This document shows, piece after piece, positions 10,201 through 19,600 of a stretch of DNA of 64,000 nucleotides. The DNA comes from a virus. Numbering within the stretch: position 1 is the stretch's first letter; the number at the start of each line of letters is the position of its first letter. The notes beneath the pieces were generated by a model. The model was not told where the DNA came from and searched no databases. It saw nothing but the letters and a program-made list of their open reading frames with translations. The DNA lies in the IMG/VR virus record IMGVR_UViG_3300003690_000024, positions 31,397-95,396 of that record; one strand, given 5' to 3'. Position numbers and translations under genes: made by a program.

Positions 10201-12896
10201 ACTCGATGAACCCTGCTTCGTTCATGAACAACACCAACAGACTCTTCAACGTCCCGAGCCAAGGTACCACCGGTGCCGGCGGCGCCTACAATTTTAGGGG
10301 ATCCGACCCGGCCTCGATGACGAACCTGCTCGGCTACGGCCGCGAGATTCTTACGTGGTACTTTCGGCCGCTTATGACAAAGTCGGGGGGCACCCAATTC
10401 ACGACGGCCGCCGCCGAGACCGCGGCCCAGGCCGCGGCCCTCAAGAAATTCGCTTCATGGGGGACCGGGACGATCAAGCTGTGGTACCCCCCTTACCAGG
10501 ACACGACCCTCGATGGTCTGTCGAGTTTCGCCCTGCATGCAATAGGCGTTTCAACTACGTCCGAAGCGGGTGCAGACTTTGCGGGTGACATACTGCCGGA
10601 TACTGAGATAGCCAACCTTACTATGGATCCGTTTATTGAGAGTGTTAAGAGTACTCTTCGAACTGATAGATATCCCCCGGGTAATTCCATCTTCTATCAA
10701 CCCGCGGCGGAGAAGTATGCACAACGCCGCGCCTTCCCGATGGCCAATGCGCTCTTGACCGATTATTTGTTTGATTATTATATTAAGAACGGGGTATTTG
10801 ATGCAGCAACCCTTCAGTCACTTAGCTTTTTCCATAATAACGAAAATTGCCAGCCAGGAGATACATCTGATCTTTTAGATGTCGGCGACATCCTTAACAA
10901 GATGCTTCGGATGTTTGAAAAGCTCGCATGCGGTAGCGACCTTCCGGCGCGTAAAAAAGTACGGCTAGCTCTAAAATATGGAATGTATCTTCTGTTTGTG
11001 CAAATCCATATTGCAGAATTTATTATTAAAAACATATTTGTGTTCGCAGCCACAGAAATAGATGAACTATTTGCTAAGCCATTTATAACCATGTATATGC
11101 GCGCGCAGATCGAGAATTCAATGGCAAACTATCTTGCTGATATTGATGAATCGGTACGAGATATGTTTGTAAACGATCTCACCGAGTTATTCCAACAAGT
11201 TAATCAGGTTGAGGGTGGTATTACAGATTACGAAGGGAACGTAGTTTTTAATTCTGGGGAAAAGTTACCCCCAGATGAGGCTACCTATAATAAGATTATT
11301 AACTATTTGATTGGTGAAAGGATTATGGATTCAAAATCTGCAGTGAACAATGCCATTAAGCAGGCCCACCCAAATGCAAATCCAAAGCCGCTAGATGAAA
11401 TTTTCTTACATTCCATTCCTGCCTACCAGACCGCCGCGGAGTGGGCCAACGGCGGCCCGTTTCACTTGGACCCGCATTTCCAGGATGAGTTCGGCCAGGA
11501 CGATGGCTTTTTCCTTCCCCGGCCGGCCGGCAACACCCGCCGTGTCACCATCCAACGAGATTTTGGGCTCGACCACGACCGGCCACGCCTATTTATATTA
11601 AAGTCTTATTATCCACGAGTCGATCTTCTGCGTCAGTCTCGTACCCTGGGCCCCGACAGCTTTGTATCCGCGACCCTGATCCCACGGGGCATCTTCAGCG
11701 TCGACGAGATGGTCGAGCTCGGCCCGCCCACGGCCTTGCCCTTCGACAACAACCTCCGTCTCATGCTCCTCCAAATGGACACCGACATCGAGAACGGGCT
11801 CGGAATAGAATATATCATACGATATAAATTTTTCCTTTCTTTTCCGGACCCAGACATGTCCGCCCCCGCCGAGCGGGCCCTCGTCACCGAGCATCGACTT
11901 TATCCCCTTCTGCCGGCCGGTGATTCTGGAACTTCAGGCGCCGAGCTGGGGAGTCGTCCGGTATGGGTCGAGAGCGACCATACTTTTGATAGAACCGTCT
12001 GGTTGCCGTCTTCCGGACCAGGTGGCCGAAGAGAGTTCGAGCAAGCGCGCCCCGGGCAGGGCGAGGATTTCAAACCCATCACCCTTACGCAAGACGACGT
12101 TGACTTCTTGATGGGAATCCCGGAGTATCAAGACTATTTTACAAACGTGTTTGACAAAGGAGTGTTAAGTATGATTCCTATCATACAAAACTTCTACTTA
12201 ACAACCAAATATTTCGATGAAATTACCGGCGCGATGAAGCCTCCGAAAGATGCATGCCTTAATATTGTAAAAAATACTATCGCAAGTGACGACAAATATG
12301 ACAAGACCCCAGATATGAGTCGCGACAACGTTGCCAGCTTTACTAATACCTTTAGTGGCGATGACGCTTTTGAGTCTTTTATGCGTGATTTTATTTTGAT
12401 AATGCTCATCAAGACGCCTATTGATATTCTTAAGGGGATCCTTGAATTGATTGATCCTCACGTTGCTATCAGCAAGATGATCAAAACTATCACCGGACAA
12501 GTGTTTAACATCTTGAGTCGCGTGTTTGACGAAATCCTTGACTCGGCCCCGGAAGAACTCACCACGGTGATCGATAGTGGCGAAAAACTATTGGCTATTG
12601 TCTTGTGTCTCGTGGATGTGGTAATGAAGAATCCTCCTGGCACCCCTCCCGGCCCCGCGCAGGACATGTTGTTGAAACAAAACATGGAGGCCTTCTTCCC
12701 GCGCATCACGGCCGAAGGTATTGATTTCTTGGGGTCAATAATGGGAATGTTTATGATACCTCCTTCACCTCTAGGTATCCTTTATTTGCTTCTCTCACTA
12801 ATTAATGTGGAAGTTCCCGAGTTCGGGGTGGACACCGGAGATAATGCAGTAGTGAATTCATCGGATCCATCCGCGCCAACCGCTCCCGATTGTTAG
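7278..12896 (+). CDS. Large (1872 aa) putative virion protein, helical, C-terminal hydrophobic segments
   Basis: Long ORF in baseplate block; no recognised catalytic motif. Confidence 0.7.
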   Translation: MPALRTPRKYKGKSTGIPFSAVEKGSTRYKLKLKIDQAVANFDQPAAIEEAVDRYIIHYFPEFYIALYDQPAFMAANEDPNDAQAAFVVLWMYETLRVQLGNKIEIDAQYPTSPPSDNEIMIFSLRYDVFKAREQLTNQMFQGETDQKQMPSFEASLNYFNSENGFGPTESQTEFPIKKMPAISQSLQGAFTKFSKQQKRSRGPKAPISVDFNSVGTSVGKIMATLVGELMETVKGAGRTYKFREGDTLTLYFGASTSSPSTEKAVVVPDSVITDIKYLATDKSIAAEQLKVGHFSLVKYSPLIKDKVVLGALKNYSLVLKMDKEASKRGPNSFSVDEFFGEALGVDTADGFPLEWDTSNDSDVEQDDENNALINTAVDLGIIDIADTAGLQVSIAAYTTEQLTTLNAAVTQNPELYTEVFAGQEKKKDEASPDFLNQIEKVLADGPMGAVADNSPVGAFFRHFGIDTLVKEALLCLTFGINFEIDRITALIGEIKGLAFSGNIVVEFGGSVKGVTKPQISLPSLGDLSLSFPMFTITGDIWKMILEIIIESLEKALIQVIAQLVELLRELCDFNNPRSRDYGDTNMRDLMPLTAPGTKRGARGQEDDSNPDMGAQHDPFDPFRGSNVEEASGMTPDEILDYLEDLSSILSSMEICVLLTNPASAEEDLLQKILDYNLAYGANAQVAQQMTTFTEIIGFFAELAKVVDVTDLCNEIANEVAVLNQDNLCLTEDDIQSVNMDDVDNIETLLDILKNGLRPGVAGVPEVFRPNFECPDKPNYVEDPTFRKSIYETLNVLIETVELQFSYSTESIKNVLLDSRLTAAGGAAFDAIGAAEVPPLSEEWAPAPNKAMIDILKAMIQGFENVEQYSDDIEDCINDNQDVFGLDVNLDFDDITRILNVVKEGMELGFATGGQLGGLVDTLGDLSNASEQGTPLISRKVFNKRFLREFEDYILISQPSTGSTGAPTWNQNILNSMNPASFMNNTNRLFNVPSQGTTGAGGAYNFRGSDPASMTNLLGYGREILTWYFRPLMTKSGGTQFTTAAAETAAQAAALKKFASWGTGTIKLWYPPYQDTTLDGLSSFALHAIGVSTTSEAGADFAGDILPDTEIANLTMDPFIESVKSTLRTDRYPPGNSIFYQPAAEKYAQRRAFPMANALLTDYLFDYYIKNGVFDAATLQSLSFFHNNENCQPGDTSDLLDVGDILNKMLRMFEKLACGSDLPARKKVRLALKYGMYLLFVQIHIAEFIIKNIFVFAATEIDELFAKPFITMYMRAQIENSMANYLADIDESVRDMFVNDLTELFQQVNQVEGGITDYEGNVVFNSGEKLPPDEATYNKIINYLIGERIMDSKSAVNNAIKQAHPNANPKPLDEIFLHSIPAYQTAAEWANGGPFHLDPHFQDEFGQDDGFFLPRPAGNTRRVTIQRDFGLDHDRPRLFILKSYYPRVDLLRQSRTLGPDSFVSATLIPRGIFSVDEMVELGPPTALPFDNNLRLMLLQMDTDIENGLGIEYIIRYKFFLSFPDPDMSAPAERALVTEHRLYPLLPAGDSGTSGAELGSRPVWVESDHTFDRTVWLPSSGPGGRREFEQARPGQGEDFKPITLTQDDVDFLMGIPEYQDYFTNVFDKGVLSMIPIIQNFYLTTKYFDEITGAMKPPKDACLNIVKNTIASDDKYDKTPDMSRDNVASFTNTFSGDDAFESFMRDFILIMLIKTPIDILKGILELIDPHVAISKMIKTITGQVFNILSRVFDEILDSAPEELTTVIDSGEKLLAIVLCLVDVVMKNPPGTPPGPAQDMLLKQNMEAFFPRITAEGIDFLGSIMGMFMIPPSPLGILYLLLSLINVEVPEFGVDTGDNAVVNSSDPSAPTAPDC

Positions 12897-12906
12897 AGGT
12901 GTCATA

Positions 12907-13299
12907 GTGTCGTCAGGACTGTCAGTTAAATTACCATTAACAACGAGCCCTACTTTTGGGGCCTATAATTTAAATACCACTTTCAAAGAAGTCGCCCGGC
13001 AGAACTTAAAAATGCTAGTTCTTACGGTGCCAGGGGAGCGCATTATGGACCCTAGCTTTGGGGTGGGCCTCAAAAGGTATTTGTTCGAGTTTAATGGTCC
13101 CGAAACCTATAGTAAGATTAGTTCAAAAATTCACGAACAGGTTGCGAAGTATATGTCATATATTGCTATTACAAATCTTAACTTTCAAATACCCGAAAGC
13201 AACCCAGATTTGTTTCCTCACACGATGTCGCTGAGGATATCTTTTAATATTGTTCCCCTGGCGACAGAAGCTGCTCTTCAAATTGATGTAAAGAACTAA
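12907..13299 (+). CDS. Baseplate wedge subunit gp25/GPW-like
   Basis: QNLKMLVLTVPGERIMDPSFGVGLKRYLFE is the gp25 signature. Confidence 0.92.
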   Translation: MSSGLSVKLPLTTSPTFGAYNLNTTFKEVARQNLKMLVLTVPGERIMDPSFGVGLKRYLFEFNGPETYSKISSKIHEQVAKYMSYIAITNLNFQIPESNPDLFPHTMSLRISFNIVPLATEAALQIDVKN

Positions 13300-13314
13300 T
13301 TAATGAGATAAAAA

Positions 13315-15108
13315 ATGCCTAAAAAACTACAACCCATTAACTATACAAGCCGTGACTTTGATTCTATTCGCAGAGATTTAGAAGATTACGCAAAAAGATA
13401 TTATCCGAATACCTTTAAAGACTTCAATGAAGCATCATTCGGATCATTGATGCTGGATACTGTATCGTATATTGGCGATATTCTTTCCTTTTATTTAGAC
13501 TATCAAACAAACGAGAGTTTTCTAGAAACGGCGGTCGAATATGAGAATGTCGTGCGCCTTGCGCGCCAGATGGGATTTAGATTAAACACAAGCCCCTCTT
13601 CATTCGGGGTCCTCACTTTCTATGTTCAAATCCCATCCCTCACTAGTGGGCCAAACCTTGCGTATGCTCCGGTACTTAAGGCTGGCTCTGTGTTCTCGTC
13701 GACTGGAGGAGGCCTTTACACACTACTGGAAGATGTCGATTTTGCTAAGAGCAATAATCAAATCGTGGCCGGCCAGATAAATTCCGCAACTGGGTCGCCC
13801 TCAACCTTTGTTATCCGTGCAGTAGGTCGCGGCGTCTCTGGCCGCGTTGTGGTGAAAGAGATCGATATCGGCGAATTTCAAAGATTTACTAGAGTTCAGC
13901 TAGAGACTAGTAACGTGGCAGAAGTTCTTTCTGTTGTGGACTCCGAGGGTCATGAGTATTATGAGGTAGATAATTTATCCCAGAATGTAATTTATAAGTC
14001 CATCCGCAACACAAATACCTCCACCAATGCAACTGTGGGCAATATTCTTAAAGCCACACCGGTAGCTAGAAGATTCACGGTAGAAAGAAACAATGATGAA
14101 ACTTATTTACAGTTCGGATATGGATCAGATTCGGAGCTATTATCCAATTCGGTGGTCGATCCTGCTGATGTTATTATGGATCTCAGCGGCCGCACATATA
14201 TTACTGATCGAGATTTTGATCCCACCAAACTGATTAGTAGCGACAAGTTTGGAATTGCTCCTTCTAATACCACGTTGATTATCAACTATCGTGTAAACAC
14301 CCTAGAAGATGTTAATGCCGCAGTAGGCTCAATTACTCGTGTTGATGGTCCAATATTTAGATTCACTGATCAGAGCGCCCTCTCCGTTGGCCTTCGAAAC
14401 ATTTCAATAACTTCGTTAGAGGTTACTAATGAAGAGCCCTTTGTTGGTGACATTTCGCTTCCCGATTCAGATGAAATAAAACAGCGTGTATTTGGCTATT
14501 ATGCTACGCAGCACCGCGCGGTGACAATTCAGGATTACCAATCAATTGCTTATGGAATGCCCACTAAGTTTGGAGCGATAAAAAGAGTCGCAGTCGTTAG
14601 GGACTTCGATGAATTTAAGAGAAATATAAACCTATATGTGCTTTCTGAGGATACTAGCGGTAAGTTTACAACAGCTAATATAACTCTTAAAAATAATTTA
14701 AAGACCTGGATCTTACAATATAAAATGATTAACGATACCGTTGATATTCTAGATGCGGTAATTGCTAATTTTGGTATAAATTATGTGGTTACTTTAGATT
14801 TAGATGCGAACAGATATACGGTGATCAACAAGGCCAATGCTGCGATCGCTGCACATCTTCGTAAGAATATCTATGCCATTGGTGAAGAGATACTCATCAC
14901 TGACTTTTATAAAATTTTACAAAAGATAGAAGGAATCATAGACGTGATAGATCTGGAAGTTGTTGGAAAGTCGGGAGTAAGTTACTCAGATCTAGACTAC
15001 GATTTTGAAGGGAGTCTCGCGGCGAACGGCCGCACGATCCTCGCCGCAAAAAATGTTGCATTCGAGCTGAAGTTTCCGAATATAGATATCAAAGGATCTA
15101 TTCAATAA
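13315..15108 (+). CDS. Baseplate wedge subunit gp6-like
   Basis: INYTSRDFDSIR, YIGDILSFYLD, ESFLETA, LQFGYG, QHRAVTIQDY; follows gp25. Confidence 0.88.
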   Translation: MPKKLQPINYTSRDFDSIRRDLEDYAKRYYPNTFKDFNEASFGSLMLDTVSYIGDILSFYLDYQTNESFLETAVEYENVVRLARQMGFRLNTSPSSFGVLTFYVQIPSLTSGPNLAYAPVLKAGSVFSSTGGGLYTLLEDVDFAKSNNQIVAGQINSATGSPSTFVIRAVGRGVSGRVVVKEIDIGEFQRFTRVQLETSNVAEVLSVVDSEGHEYYEVDNLSQNVIYKSIRNTNTSTNATVGNILKATPVARRFTVERNNDETYLQFGYGSDSELLSNSVVDPADVIMDLSGRTYITDRDFDPTKLISSDKFGIAPSNTTLIINYRVNTLEDVNAAVGSITRVDGPIFRFTDQSALSVGLRNISITSLEVTNEEPFVGDISLPDSDEIKQRVFGYYATQHRAVTIQDYQSIAYGMPTKFGAIKRVAVVRDFDEFKRNINLYVLSEDTSGKFTTANITLKNNLKTWILQYKMINDTVDILDAVIANFGINYVVTLDLDANRYTVINKANAAIAAHLRKNIYAIGEEILITDFYKILQKIEGIIDVIDLEVVGKSGVSYSDLDYDFEGSLAANGRTILAAKNVAFELKFPNIDIKGSIQ

Positions 15109-16637
15109 TGAGTATTTTCAGATATACAGCTAGCGCCGACAACACTATTACAAATGCATTCACAGCTAATCTGCTTGAAATTAACCGTGGCTCAGGGTCA
15201 AACATGGGATATGCGGATGCTTTAGAAATTTTTTCCATTTATGGGCAAGCCTCCTCATCCGCGGGCCAAACTCAAGAACTATCACGAGCGCTAATTAACT
15301 TTTCGACAGCATCTATAGCGGCAGACAGAACATCCGGTAAGATTCCGGCTTCTGGCAGCGTATCCTTTTATTTGAGGGTCTTCAACGCGCGAACCCCATT
15401 TACTCTTCCTCAAGATTTTACATTAGTCCTCGCGCCCGTTTCTCGTTCGTGGGTTGAGGGAAGCGGCCTCGATATGGATGAATATAAAGATCTTGGAAAG
15501 TCCAACTGGATGTCCGCAAGCACTACAACGGCATGGACCAGTGTTGGAGGGGACTATCGCACAGGTTCCAATTATGAGGTAGTCTTCCCGCAGGGATATG
15601 AAGACGTAGAACTTGACGTCACCGAGTTGATGGAAAGGTGGCTAGCTGATGAATTTGAGAGTTATGGGTTTGGCGTTCGTCTCACAGCGAGTCAAGAAGC
15701 ATATTACTCCGGCTCTTCGGGGGTAGACACGGGCAGCCTAATTCAGAATACTGATGGTGCAACACAATCATACTATACGAAAAAGTTCTTTTCCAGATCC
15801 ACTGAATTCTTTTTTAAGAGACCAGTTATTGAAGCCAGGTGGGACTCTAGAATTAGCGACGATCGAGAGAACTTCTACTATTCTAGTTCTCTAGCTCCTT
15901 CTCTAGAGAATCTTAATACCATCTATCTTTATAATTACGTGCGCGGGAAGCTTGTCAATATCCCCACCATTGGTACGGGCCCAGTATATGTTTCTTTTTA
16001 TTCTAGCTCCAATAACGTTCCGACAGCCTCTGCAATTAAGCTGTCTGAGGGCGGAGATGTTGTCGCGGCCCTAGATATAAATGCCACAGGTGGCTATGTG
16101 AGCACCGGTATTTACTCCTGCTCGGTTGCCTTAACGGCCGCATCTACACCCTTTGCGCTGGTGCACGATGTATGGAGTAATTACAGCGGCACAATTCAAT
16201 TCTACACGGGATCTATCTATCCAGAATTGATGCCAACTTATGATTCGGCACCTAGCTTCAGCCGCATAACGTCTTGTAAGAATCTTAGAAAGAAGTATTC
16301 TAATCAAGAGACCGCGCGTTTTAGATTTTTTGTGAGAAATAAAAATTGGAGCCCAACGGTGTATACTGTTTCGACTACCAACAATCCAACAGACATTATA
16401 CCAAGCGCTTCATATTCAATTTTTAGAGTAACTGACAACTATAATGCAATTCCATATGGCACTGGCTCTGATTTGAGTACATATTTGTCCTATGATAAGG
16501 AGGGGAATTACTTTGACTTAGACCTATCTTTGCTAGAACAAGACTACATGTATGAAATTAGATTAGCATACTACAATGATAGCATCGGCTCATGGCAAGA
16601 ACAGCCGCAAACGTTTAAATTTAGGGTTGAAGAATAA
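15108..16637 (+). CDS. Putative structural/baseplate protein (beta-sandwich, DNRLRE-like)
   Basis: SRALINF, ELDVTELMERWL, GFGVRL, KKFFSRST..RPVIEARW; translationally coupled to gp6-like gene. Confidence 0.6.
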   Translation: MSIFRYTASADNTITNAFTANLLEINRGSGSNMGYADALEIFSIYGQASSSAGQTQELSRALINFSTASIAADRTSGKIPASGSVSFYLRVFNARTPFTLPQDFTLVLAPVSRSWVEGSGLDMDEYKDLGKSNWMSASTTTAWTSVGGDYRTGSNYEVVFPQGYEDVELDVTELMERWLADEFESYGFGVRLTASQEAYYSGSSGVDTGSLIQNTDGATQSYYTKKFFSRSTEFFFKRPVIEARWDSRISDDRENFYYSSSLAPSLENLNTIYLYNYVRGKLVNIPTIGTGPVYVSFYSSSNNVPTASAIKLSEGGDVVAALDINATGGYVSTGIYSCSVALTAASTPFALVHDVWSNYSGTIQFYTGSIYPELMPTYDSAPSFSRITSCKNLRKKYSNQETARFRFFVRNKNWSPTVYTVSTTNNPTDIIPSASYSIFRVTDNYNAIPYGTGSDLSTYLSYDKEGNYFDLDLSLLEQDYMYEIRLAYYNDSIGSWQEQPQTFKFRVEE

Positions 16638-16644
16638 TTAAGAT

Positions 16645-19600
16645 ATGAGTATTAAGAAATATTTTGAAAATGTTTCAAATATTAAAGCTCTCTCTGGTAA
16701 AACTTCTCATGATATAGGCGGACAAGTTGAGTCCGCAGAGTACCATGAACAGGATATTATCAATGAGGAGAGGTTTATTCCTCATGTGGACTTCACAAAG
16801 CCAGAGAATTTCGCAAAATATGGTTCAGCCGAGGAGTATTATTTTACTGCGCTACAAAGGATCTATAGTACCTATCCTTATGATGGATCACTGAAAGAAC
16901 GACTAGAGTGGCAAAACCAGTCCACATACTTAGATCTCTATATTTATGACAATCGATACCCGCGCACGAACGGTTACATTATTTTTTCATCGGCTTCTTG
17001 GGGCACACAGCAAAGCACCACCGATGGCTACGGACTATCAGATACTCTTGAATATATTTCTTTCGAGGGCGGCCCAAACAAAAATCCAAACGGTCTAACT
17101 CCATCGAGAATTGAATTTACAGGTTCAAACTATTATGAAGTAGCGATGAATCGGCAGTCTAATCTGCAGCTGGATATGGCTACGGATGGTGCTTCTGTTG
17201 AGTTCTGGATGAAGAAAGATGCCTTTGATACAACCAAGACTCAAAAAGAAGTTATTTTTGACCTTTGGAACGGTAAAGGTTATGCAGCACCGGACTATGC
17301 TCGCCTTACAGTTGAGCTAACCAGCTCTACTGGTCACGCCATCGCCGGCGCCGATCCGTTCCGGCTCACGATATATTCCGGCGCGCTTGGGTTCCAAACA
17401 GCATCAGTCTGTTCCTCAAATTTCACTACGGCTTCTGTTACCGATGGAAAGTGGCACCACTACGCGTTCACGCTCAAGTCGGCATCGGCCGGCGTACAGA
17501 GTCGCTTTTATGTTGATGGTGAACTAGAGAACGAGGCTACTATCCAGACAACCGGCAGTGCCCTCGGCGCCGCGGCAGGCATTAATGATATAGACTTTTA
17601 TGGTATGCGTGCCACCATTGGCGCGCTGGCAACAAATCCGTCTGCGTCCACTGCGGCCACCGGCTCTGGTAAGTTATCTGCATCTCTTGATGAGTTCCGA
17701 TATTGGAAGACACAGAGAACAGGTGAACAGATTGGTCGGTTCTGGTTTACACAAGTTGGCGGTGGTGTTAATACTGACCCGACTCCATTTATTGAGACGA
17801 AAGAAACAGCTAACGTTAATTTGGGAGTTTATTATAAGTTTAATGAAGGTATTACGGGTGTTACAGCTACCGATCGTACGGTATTAGATTATTCTGGTCG
17901 TTTTTCCAATGGTGTGTGGACCGGATATACTAGTGGCGCGCGTAATACTGGTTCCGCTATTGTCCTTTCTGACGCTGCTATTAAAGAATTTAAAGATCCA
18001 ATTATTTATCCCTTCCATCCCGAGGTACATGATCTCATCCACGCTCTTCGTTCTAGTGGTTCGGCGTACGATGTTAATAATAATGCCTCAATTTATAATT
18101 CTATTCCAAGCTGGATTATAGACGAGGACCAAGAGGGTTCCGGCGATGTTAAGAAATTAACCCAAATTATTTCGAGTTATTTTGATACACTGCAAATGCA
18201 GATTGAGAATTTAAACAAACTTAAGGATATTGCATACATAAGTGGAAGCAACAAGCCGTTGCCGTTTTCGGAAAAGCTCTTAAGTTCCTACGGATTCGTT
18301 GCTCCCGAACTCTTCCTCGATGCGGATATTCTTGAAAAACTTGCAAATCGAAGTGAAGATAAGGTTTATGAAAAGTCGCTGGAAGATATTAAAAACATTA
18401 TCTACCAAAATATTTATAACAACTTAAGTTACATTTATAAGTCAAAGGGTACGGAAAAAGCATTTAGGAACCTTATTCGATGCTTTGGAATCGATGATGA
18501 GCTTATTAAAATAAATATGTACGCCGACGGCGTTGAATACAATCTCGATAGTGATCGCAGAAACGTAATTGTTACTGATCGCTATATTAATTTTAACACT
18601 GTCAACAATAAGGTAGGAACAGTATTCAACTATCAGGATCATACTAATTCGGTGGGCTTCATAACCTCTAGTACGGTACTCTCTGGAGGGCACTCGATTA
18701 CTTTAGAAACTGAGTTGCTTATGCCACTTAAGCCTCTAGCTTCCTCAATTACTTATATCGACACCAACACAATCAGCTCTTCCTTGTTTGGCGTGCATGG
18801 CGTGCGCGAAATCATCACCGGCCCTAATGATACACAGTGGCCGTCAGGAAAGCATTCAGATGCCGTTAACTTCCAAGTGTACGCCGTCCGTGACGAGATA
18901 GAGTCGACTAATGCTAGGTTTGTTTTGACCGGAACTGCTGGTGGCTATGTGCCCTCTCTGAAGAGTTCTCTATATGAAAATATCTATGATAATACTAAGT
19001 GGAATATCTCAGTTAGAGTGCGCCCTCAAAATTATCCCTTAGCTAATTTTGCCAGTGCATCTAATAATGGTAATTTCGTTGTAGAATTACATGGTGTACA
19101 GGCCGAATCCGGCGAAATTCTTCAAGAATTTACCCTTTCTGGCACTGTTACTAACCCGACTGGTTCTTTTATAACTGGTAGCCGCCGCGTTTATATTGGC
19201 GCCCACCGTACAGATTTTACATCTTCGCTGTTAGAGCCGTCGGATGTAAAAGTGAATGCGTGTCGTTATTGGCTTGATTATCTTGATGACGAGATTCTAA
19301 AGGCTCATATCTTAGATACCGAGAATCATGGTAATCTGCTAACGCACCAGTATGCATATACTTTCAATCCGTCTGCGTCGGATGGTGATATCACAAAATT
19401 TGACACTCTAGTTTTTAATTGGGAATTCCTGAACAATACTGGATCTAACGCCAGCGGCCAATTTACTGTTGAAGACGTTAGTTCTGGGTCTGTCAATCTT
19501 ACTCGTTTCGGTTCTCTAGGAAAGATTCTCAACCAGCAGTACACTGCTTTGGGTTATGATTTCGCCACATCTTCGGTGACGCCTATTGATAAAGACTTTG

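Noticed and set aside
10165-12125. Diversity-generating retroelement as source of variable patches
   Set aside because: No reverse transcriptase and no TR/VR pair differing only at adenines seen in this window
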